NCBI GenBank assembly: GCA_046754145.1
Contig: JBHHVF010000001.1
Span: 5,791 to 69,790 of the forward strand
Reading direction: 5' to 3'
DNA from: Nitrosopumilus sp.
GTDB taxonomy: Archaea > Thermoproteota > Nitrososphaeria > Nitrososphaerales > Nitrosopumilaceae
Length of the DNA: 64,000 nucleotides
The notes below the pieces were generated by a model that was not told the origin of the DNA, made no database searches, and saw only the letters and a program-made list of their open reading frames with translations. The translations under genes and the position numbers were made by a program. Every line of letters begins with the position of its first letter. Position 1 is the stretch's first letter. Below, in pieces: positions 57,343 through 64,000 of this stretch.

Positions 57343-58653
57343 ATGATAGAAACTGAATTAGGAAATTTACGTCGATCTCATTATTCTGATGAAATAAACT
57401 CATCTATGGATGGTTCTGAAGTGACCATAATGGGTTGGGTTTTGACCATAAGAGGACATGGCAACATTAGCTTCGCTACAATTCGTGACAAAAATGGTGA
57501 TATTTCAGTTATTGCAAAAAAAGGTGATTGTCCTGATGATATACGTGAAAAAATATCTTCACTGAAAGCTCATTCTTCAATTGCAGTTACTGGTAAAGTA
57601 AAATCTTCTGATAAGGCACCAGGTGGATTTGAGATAATTCCAACAGAACTGCGCGTGTTTTCAGAAGTTGAAAAAATTCCTCCTTTTGAACCAACTGCAA
57701 AAACTGTCAAAAATATTGATACAAGATTAGAGGTTAGGCCTATTGATCTTAGACGAAAGACACTACAACATATTTTTAATGTTAGAAGTCTTGTCTTAAA
57801 ATCAGTCAGAGATTATTTTAATGATCAAAAATTTACTGAAATTAATACACCAAAAATGATTGCAACAGCTACTGAAGGTGGCGCTGCACTATTTGCAATA
57901 TTTTATTACAACAAAGAAGCATTCTTGGCTCAAAGTCCGCAATTGTACAAAGAACAATTAACAATGAGTTTTGAGAAAGTCTTTGAGATTGCTCCAATTT
58001 TTAGAGCAGAACCCTCAAGAACTAATCGTCATTTGGCAGAAGCCATTTCTATTGATTTGGAAGAAGCATTCGTTGATTACAATGATGTGATGAACAGAAT
58101 AGAAGAAATTATCAAAATTTCAATTAAAGTTGTTAATGATTATGTAAAAGATAATCCTGATGCAGAATTTACAATTCCTATTATTCCTGAAACTATTCCA
58201 AGATACTCTTATGATGATTTAGTAGATAAAATGCAAAAGGCAGGTGCAAAAACTGAATGGGGAGATGATTTGTATCCATCCAATCTCAAAAAAATCGGCC
58301 TTGATGGATTCTACTTTATCACTGATTGGCCATTAGGTCCAAAACCATTTTACGTAAAAGATAGCAAATCAAACCCAAAAATTTCTGAATCTTTTGATTT
58401 AATGTTTGGTGATTTAGAGTTATCTTCTGGTAGTACAAGAATTGAAAAACGAGATGAGTTAGCTGAGAGAATGAAAAACAAAGGAATGAAAACTGATGCA
58501 TTCGAGTATCATCTTGGCGCATTTGATTATGGTGTTCCTCCTCATGCAGGTTGTGGAATTGGTCTTGAGAGGTTGATTATGGCACTTACTGGAACAGAAA
58601 ATATTAGAGATGTAACATTTTATCCAAGAGATGTTGACAGATTAACACCTTAG
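57343..58653 (+). CDS. aspS: aspartyl-tRNA synthetase, archaeal type (probably non-discriminating)
   Basis: OB-fold N-terminus and class IIb motifs (FRAEPS.T.RHL.E, GCGIGLERL). Directly followed by gatCAB. Confidence 0.93.
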   Translation: MIETELGNLRRSHYSDEINSSMDGSEVTIMGWVLTIRGHGNISFATIRDKNGDISVIAKKGDCPDDIREKISSLKAHSSIAVTGKVKSSDKAPGGFEIIPTELRVFSEVEKIPPFEPTAKTVKNIDTRLEVRPIDLRRKTLQHIFNVRSLVLKSVRDYFNDQKFTEINTPKMIATATEGGAALFAIFYYNKEAFLAQSPQLYKEQLTMSFEKVFEIAPIFRAEPSRTNRHLAEAISIDLEEAFVDYNDVMNRIEEIIKISIKVVNDYVKDNPDAEFTIPIIPETIPRYSYDDLVDKMQKAGAKTEWGDDLYPSNLKKIGLDGFYFITDWPLGPKPFYVKDSKSNPKISESFDLMFGDLELSSGSTRIEKRDELAERMKNKGMKTDAFEYHLGAFDYGVPPHAGCGIGLERLIMALTGTENIRDVTFYPRDVDRLTP

Positions 58654-58929
58654 GTGATTTGTATGGTAAGAGAAGAGGAAATTGAGCAAGTTACAAAATT
58701 AATGAAAATTGATGTTCATGATCATAAAGAATACATAGACAAGGTACATGCTATGATTGATTATTTTGATATCTTAGATTCAGCGGGAGTAGATGAAGAA
58801 GAAATTTTTATGAAAGATACTCCTTTGTCTATTCTAAGAGAAGACAAACACATTCCATACCCAGACAAATTAATTGAGAAATTAAAAAACTACAAGGGAA
58901 CATACGTTAGAGCCCCAAAGATGATATAA
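58654..58929 (+). CDS. gatC: Asp-tRNA(Asn)/Glu-tRNA(Gln) amidotransferase subunit C
   Basis: ~90-aa ORF between aspS and gatA, of GatC size and position. GTG 58654 or ATG 58663 start. Confidence 0.75.
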   Translation: MICMVREEEIEQVTKLMKIDVHDHKEYIDKVHAMIDYFDILDSAGVDEEEIFMKDTPLSILREDKHIPYPDKLIEKLKNYKGTYVRAPKMI

Positions 58930-60375
58930 TTGAATCTCAAGATTTCTGCTTTAGAATATGTACAAGAAGTACAAAATGGAAACATTTCAGCTGAAGACTA
59001 TACTGCAAAAACAATCGAGAGAATAAACCAAATAGATGACAAACTGCATGCCTTCTTGTATATAAATTCAGATGCAGTAGATCATGCAAGAGAGATAGAC
59101 AAGAAAGTAAAATCTGGAGAAAAAGTTGGTGCATGTTTTGGAATGCCAATCTCAATTAAAGATAATATCTGTATTAAAGACACACGAACATCCTGTGCGT
59201 CAAAAATTCTACATGATTTTGTTGCACCATATGATGCAACTGTAATTTCAAAACTAAAACAACAAGATGCAGTCTTTATTGGTAAAGTAAATCTTGATGA
59301 ATTTGCAATGGGACTAACAACGGAATTTAGTGCATATGGTCCTACTCATAACCCTTGGAACTTAGATTATGTTCCAGGAGGTTCATCGGGAGGCAGTGGG
59401 GCTTCAGTAAGTGCATTTGAATGTGTTGCATCATTAGGCTCTGATACTGGTGGTTCTGTTAGAAATCCTGCAAGCTTTTGTGGTGCAGTAGGATACAAAC
59501 CAACTTATGGCTTAATCAGTAGATTTGGTTTGATTTCATATGCAAACAGTATCGAACAGATTGGTCCTGTTACTAGAACTGTTAAAGATACTGCATTTAT
59601 GCTAAACATTATTTCCGGTCAAGACTCTAATGATCATACTACTGTTGATAATTCCAACCAAGACTATCTTTCAGGCATAGATGCAGGAATTGAAGGTAAG
59701 AAAATAGGCATTATTAAAGAGATGATGAGTGAGGGAATTGATCCTGCAGTCATGTCTGCTACAAAAAATGCTATCTCAAAATTTGAAGGATTAGGTGCAA
59801 CATGTGAGGAAATATCTCTTGACATGGTAAAATATTCAGTTGCTGCATATTACACAATTACTGCAACTGAAGCTGGAAGCAATCTAGCAAGATATGATAA
59901 TCTACTATATGGTTACGACTTTCCAGTTGAGGGTTACGAGTTTAATTCTTACATTTCAAAGGCTAGAACAAAATTTGGACCAGAAGTTACAAGAAGAATG
60001 ATTTTGGGTGGATTTGTTCCTTCTTCAGGACATGCAGGAAAATATTTCCTCAAAGCATTAAAGGTAAAACAAAAACTAACTGAAGAAATTGAACAAGTGT
60101 TGCAAAAATATGATTATTTGATTGCACCAACTGTTCCAATATTGCCATTTAAAATTGGTGAAAAAATTGATGATCCTGTATCTTTGTTCTTAGTTGATAT
60201 CAATACTGTAACTGCAAATCTTACAGGGAAACCCGCAATTTCTGTTCCTTTTGAGTTATCAAATGGATTGCCAATAGGTATGCAAATTTTGGCAAATTCT
60301 ATGGAAGATAAACAGTTACTTCAAGCGGCATATGCATTAGAGCAGACTGTAAAACTACCGGAGGTTCCAATATGA
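58930..60375 (+). CDS. gatA: amidotransferase subunit A
   Basis: Amidase signature GGSSGGSGASV, GSDTGGSVR. TTG start. Confidence 0.93.
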   Translation: MNLKISALEYVQEVQNGNISAEDYTAKTIERINQIDDKLHAFLYINSDAVDHAREIDKKVKSGEKVGACFGMPISIKDNICIKDTRTSCASKILHDFVAPYDATVISKLKQQDAVFIGKVNLDEFAMGLTTEFSAYGPTHNPWNLDYVPGGSSGGSGASVSAFECVASLGSDTGGSVRNPASFCGAVGYKPTYGLISRFGLISYANSIEQIGPVTRTVKDTAFMLNIISGQDSNDHTTVDNSNQDYLSGIDAGIEGKKIGIIKEMMSEGIDPAVMSATKNAISKFEGLGATCEEISLDMVKYSVAAYYTITATEAGSNLARYDNLLYGYDFPVEGYEFNSYISKARTKFGPEVTRRMILGGFVPSSGHAGKYFLKALKVKQKLTEEIEQVLQKYDYLIAPTVPILPFKIGEKIDDPVSLFLVDINTVTANLTGKPAISVPFELSNGLPIGMQILANSMEDKQLLQAAYALEQTVKLPEVPI

Positions 60376-61775
60376 CCAAAATTGGTTTGGAAATTCATTG
60401 TCAATTAACAAATCTTGAAAGTAAATTATTTTGTTCATGTAAGGCTAACTATCGTGATCTTAAAATCAATGAAAATATTTGCCCTGTTTGCATGGGATTA
60501 CCCGGTAGTTTACCTAGACTAAATCAAGAAGCAGTAAAAAAAGCAACACTAATTGCAATGGCTCTTAATTGTAGTACCCCAGAAAAAATTGCATTTTTTA
60601 GAAAAAATTACTTTTATCCAGATTTACCAAAAAACTTCCAAATCACACAACTAAACATCTATGGTGATACCAGTGTTGGTGGTTCTGGTTCTATCATGGT
60701 AGGAGATAAAGAAATTCGAATTACACGAATTCAACTAGAAGAAGACCCTGGACGATTAATTTACGAAGGAAGCTCTTCTAAAAATCAAATAACTTTGGTT
60801 GATTACAATCGTGCAGGTACACCTTTGGTTGAAATTGTAACTGAGCCTGATTTTGAGAGTCCAAAACAAGTTAGAGAATTTCTTAACATTTTATCTGATT
60901 TGCTTGAAAACCTTGGGGTTTCTGATCCTAGTTTAGAAGGTGCAATGAGAGCTGATGCTAATGTTTCGACTGAAGGAGGTAAGAAAGTAGAAATAAAAAA
61001 TATTGGCTCATTTCATGATTTAGAAAAAGCAGTACACTTTGAAATTACTAGACAAGAAAGTTTACATTCTCGTGACATTGAAATTGTTCAGGAAACACGT
61101 CATTGGGATGATAAAAGAAAGATAACAATTTCATCTCGTTCTAAAGAAGAAGAACTTGATTATAGATATTTCTTAGAAGGTGACATACCTTGGGTTAAGA
61201 TTGATTCAGAAATTCAAGAGAAATTAAAATCAGAGATGCCTGAAAGTATTAGCTCCAAAAAAGAAAGATATGTTTCAAAATACAATATTCCAACACAAGT
61301 TGCAGATGTACTATCTTCAGACAAATTTTATTCAGATTTATTTGAAGAATCTCATACAGATTCAAATGCAAAAGAAATTGCAAATATAATTACTACTGAT
61401 TTAATGGGTCTAGTTGATACTAGAGAAAAACGTGAAGCATCAAAAATTACTGCAACACATCTAAAAGATTTAGCTAATTCAATCCAATCTGGAAAGATTT
61501 CTAGAAATTCAGCTAAAAATGCATTATATGAAATTGTAAAAACTGGAAAAGAGTTGTCTCAGATAATCTCTGAGTTGGATCTTGGAAATGTATCTGATGA
61601 ATCAGAACTGTTGGAAATTATTAAAGAGGTAATTTCAGAGGAGACTCAAGCAGTCGAACAAGTAAAATCAAATCCTCAAACAATTAATTATCTAGTTGGA
61701 AAGGTAATGCAAAAGACAAAAGGAAAGGCAGATCCTACATTGACTTTGGATTTACTCAAAAAACAGATAGGATAA
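60372..61775 (+). CDS. gatB: amidotransferase subunit B
   Basis: IGLEIHCQL, CPVCMGLPGSLP, C-terminal YqeY-like tail. Confidence 0.93.
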   Translation: MTKIGLEIHCQLTNLESKLFCSCKANYRDLKINENICPVCMGLPGSLPRLNQEAVKKATLIAMALNCSTPEKIAFFRKNYFYPDLPKNFQITQLNIYGDTSVGGSGSIMVGDKEIRITRIQLEEDPGRLIYEGSSSKNQITLVDYNRAGTPLVEIVTEPDFESPKQVREFLNILSDLLENLGVSDPSLEGAMRADANVSTEGGKKVEIKNIGSFHDLEKAVHFEITRQESLHSRDIEIVQETRHWDDKRKITISSRSKEEELDYRYFLEGDIPWVKIDSEIQEKLKSEMPESISSKKERYVSKYNIPTQVADVLSSDKFYSDLFEESHTDSNAKEIANIITTDLMGLVDTREKREASKITATHLKDLANSIQSGKISRNSAKNALYEIVKTGKELSQIISELDLGNVSDESELLEIIKEVISEETQAVEQVKSNPQTINYLVGKVMQKTKGKADPTLTLDLLKKQIG

Positions 61776-61778
61776 CTT

Positions 61779-62042
61779 TTGACAGATATTTCATTAGAAG
61801 ATATCGAATTTATCAAAATACTTGCTACTTCTGATGCCACAATTCTTCAGACAGGAATGAATGAGGCCACAAGACATCGATTAGATGATCAAATAGGCAC
61901 AATTCTAAGGGAATATTATCATGAAAATACTATGAATACTCAAACTGGATGGACTGAAAAATTCCTAAAATCTGGAATTACTGAAGATGATGGAAAAGCA
62001 GCAATTGCATGTGCTAGACGTCTTGGGATAGATATTTCGTAA
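61779..62042 (+). CDS. hypothetical protein
   Basis: ORF tightly following gatB. TTG start. Confidence 0.4.
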   Translation: MTDISLEDIEFIKILATSDATILQTGMNEATRHRLDDQIGTILREYYHENTMNTQTGWTEKFLKSGITEDDGKAAIACARRLGIDIS

Positions 62043-62087
62043 ATCAAAAAATCTTTTTACACTCTTTTGAGTTTCTAAAAATTGATC

Positions 62088-64000
62088 TTGACTGATTTTG
62101 AATTTATTCCAACTTCAAAACAAATCCAAGAATCAAATATCTTTCAATTTATGCAAAAACATAACATATCATCATTAGATGAACTATCTCAAAAAGCCAA
62201 AGATGATTTAGAATGGTTCTGGGAATCTGTAGATAAAGATATTGGAATCATTTGGGATTCTCCATATACTAAAACTCTAGACACTTCTAAAGGAATTGCA
62301 TGGTCGAAATGGTTTGTAAATGGTAAAACAAACATCTACAAATCATCTGTTGAAAAATTTACAAAACAAAGTCCTAAAAAAATTGCATATCATTTTATAT
62401 CTGAAGATGGTCAAACTTCAAATATTTCATATTCAGAATTAGATTCCAAAATATCAAAACTTGCCAATGGTCTTAAATCCCTTGGAGTAAAAAAAGGAGA
62501 TGTCGTTGCAATTTACTTACCAATGATCGAAGAAGCAATATTAGCAATTCTAGCAGCTGCAAAAATTGGTGCAATTCAAACTGTAATTTTTTCAGGTTAT
62601 AGTTCAGAATCATTACATATACGATTACAAGATTGTAAGGCAAAAATTCTGTTAGTATCTGATGGATTTTACAGAAAAGGAAAACCTGTATCTCAAAAGA
62701 AAACTGTTGAAATTGCAATCAAAGATACAGATATTGAAAAAACAATTGTTGTTTCTTACAAAGGCGTTGATGATTATGAAGAATCAGAAAAAATTATTTT
62801 TTATAATGAACTGGTTTCTTCTCAAAATGATGTTTGTGATACTGAAATTCTAGATTCTGAAGATCCTTTGTTTATTTTGTATACTTCGGGCACCACTGGT
62901 AAGCCTAAAGGCGTAATTCATACTCATGGTGGATTTTCTGTTTTTGCAGGACATCAAGCAGCATACCTGATTGATACACATGAAAATGACACGTTATTTT
63001 GGCCTGCAGATGTTGGTTGGATTACTGGTTTGGTGTGGAATGTATATGGTCTTTTGATAACTGGTGCTAGTGCAGTAATTTATGATGGTGCAATAGATTT
63101 TCCAACTATTGATAGAATATGGAAAATATTATCTGATTACCAAGCAACAATTTTTGGAATCTCTCCAACTGCAGTACGATTGTTTAAAAAAAATAATATT
63201 GAACCATTAAAATTCTTTTCATTAGACAAAATTAAAAATATTCCAACTACTGGAGAACCACTTGATGAGGATTCTTGGTGGTGGCTGTTTGAAAAAGTTG
63301 GAAATAAAAAAATTCCAATAATGAATTTATCTGGTGGTACTGAAATAGGTGGTGCAATGTTGTCGGTGTTTCCTGGAATGAAATTAAAACCTTCTACTGT
63401 TGGAATTCCAGTTCCAGGAATGAATCTTGATGTATTTGATGATGTTGGGAATTCTGTACAAACGCAAAATGGTTATTTGGTTATCAAATCTCCATGGCCA
63501 GCAATGACTAGAGGGTTACTAAATGATGATGCACGGTATCTTGAAACTTATTGGTCCCGATTTGAAAATGTTTGGTTTCATGGAGATTATGTTTACACTG
63601 ATGAAGACAATCTTTGGTATATGCGCGGCAGAACAGATGATGTAATTAACGTTTCTGGTCATAGAATGAGCACTGCTGAAATTGAACATACGGTAATTTC
63701 ACACAAAAAAATATCTGATGCTGCATCAATTGCAATCCCAGATGATATTACAGGTGAAGCAATTGTTGTGTTTTTTGTGGCAAATAACAAATCTGATAGA
63801 AATTTGGAATCCGAAGTTTCTGAACACATCTCTCAAAAAATTGGTAAAGTTGCAAGACCAAAACTTGTTTTTCAATTATCTGATTTACCAAAAACTAGAA
63901 CAGGTAAAATCATGCGCCGATTATTAAAATCAAAATTATTAGGAAATGACCTTGGCGATTTATCCTCTCTTGAAAACCCTCAAATTTTAGATGAAATCGA
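62088..64000 (+). CDS. acs: AMP-forming acetyl/acyl-CoA synthetase (3' end beyond the window)
   Basis: Hand translation from TTG 62088 (in-frame TTG 62082 and ATG 62151 are alternatives). Motifs ILYTSGTTGKPKGVIHTHGGF, WFHGDY, TRTGKIMRRLL. Absent from the ORF track because no stop lies within the window. Confidence 0.9.
   Translation, partial: MTDFEFIPTSKQIQESNIFQFMQKHNISSLDELSQKAKDDLEWFWESVDKDIGIIWDSPYTKTLDTSKGIAWSKWFVNGKTNIYKSSVEKFTKQSPKKIAYHFISEDGQTSNISYSELDSKISKLANGLKSLGVKKGDVVAIYLPMIEEAILAILAAAKIGAIQTVIFSGYSSESLHIRLQDCKAKILLVSDGFYRKGKPVSQKKTVEIAIKDTDIEKTIVVSYKGVDDYEESEKIIFYNELVSSQNDVCDTEILDSEDPLFILYTSGTTGKPKGVIHTHGGFSVFAGHQAAYLIDTHENDTLFWPADVGWITGLVWNVYGLLITGASAVIYDGAIDFPTIDRIWKILSDYQATIFGISPTAVRLFKKNNIEPLKFFSLDKIKNIPTTGEPLDEDSWWWLFEKVGNKKIPIMNLSGGTEIGGAMLSVFPGMKLKPSTVGIPVPGMNLDVFDDVGNSVQTQNGYLVIKSPWPAMTRGLLNDDARYLETYWSRFENVWFHGDYVYTDEDNLWYMRGRTDDVINVSGHRMSTAEIEHTVISHKKISDAASIAIPDDITGEAIVVFFVANNKSDRNLESEVSEHISQKIGKVARPKLVFQLSDLPKTRTGKIMRRLLKSKLLGNDLGDLSSLENPQILDEI

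Noticed and set aside
62473-63927. ORF-track entries 62473-62718 (-), 62662-62853 (+) and 63718-63927 (+).
   Set aside because: They overlap the long frame of the acyl-CoA synthetase (62088 to the window end), which carries unmistakable AMP-binding motifs. That frame is missing from the track only because it has no stop inside the window.
1-64000. CRISPR arrays, rRNA/tRNA genes, transposases and integrases.
   Set aside because: I saw no regularly spaced direct repeats. I saw no GC-rich cloverleaf-type segments or T-arm consensus (GGTTCRANTCC). I saw no DDE, serine or tyrosine recombinase motifs in any frame I read. A covariance-model scan (tRNAscan-SE, Rfam) would be the decisive check.

Overview
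Visibly AT-rich archaeal chromosomal segment. The gene content (Alba, Rpo6/RpoK, ribosomal proteins S25e and S26e, aRF1, deoxyhypusine synthase, PurP, archaeal-type ThrRS with N-terminal editing domain, AspRS-GatCAB, CbtAB, PhnDCE) and the very compact, mostly leaderless gene organisation fit a marine ammonia-oxidising thaumarchaeon (Nitrosopumilus-like); this placement is an inference, not a database result. Layout: (i) 1-7.9 kb, a surface locus with three proteins carrying archaeal class III (type IV pilin-like) N-termini plus two large secreted or anchored proteins. (ii) 8-34.7 kb, housekeeping genes (MenA-like prenyltransferase, AKR, AsnB-like, Alba, Rpo6, S25e, dys, thrS-speB, S26e, NAD kinase, pyrG, trpEGDCBA, SPFH). 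(iii) 34.7-45.2 kb, an ORFan island dominated by small zinc-finger or cysteine-rich proteins, with two Zn-metallopeptidases and a divergent GIY-YIG-like / XPD-like helicase pair. (iv) 45.4-64 kb, housekeeping plus transport genes (ilvD, HIT, aRF1, DsbA-like, response regulator, cbtBA, two tandem wHTH regulators, phnDCE, purP, aspS-gatCAB, acyl-CoA synthetase running off the right edge). I recognised no rRNA, tRNA, CRISPR array, transposase or integrase. The most promising leads: the ORFan/zinc-finger island with its nuclease-helicase pair; a 21/22-nt inverted repeat pair and near-identical TATA boxes bracketing the tandem wHTH genes upstream of phnDCE; the pilin-like/adhesin locus; two genes whose conserved N-terminal motifs lie upstream of any ATG/GTG/TTG; and a promoter-equipped zinc-ribbon ORF split by an in-frame TGA. 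All functional calls rest on motif recognition by eye, and no searches were run.
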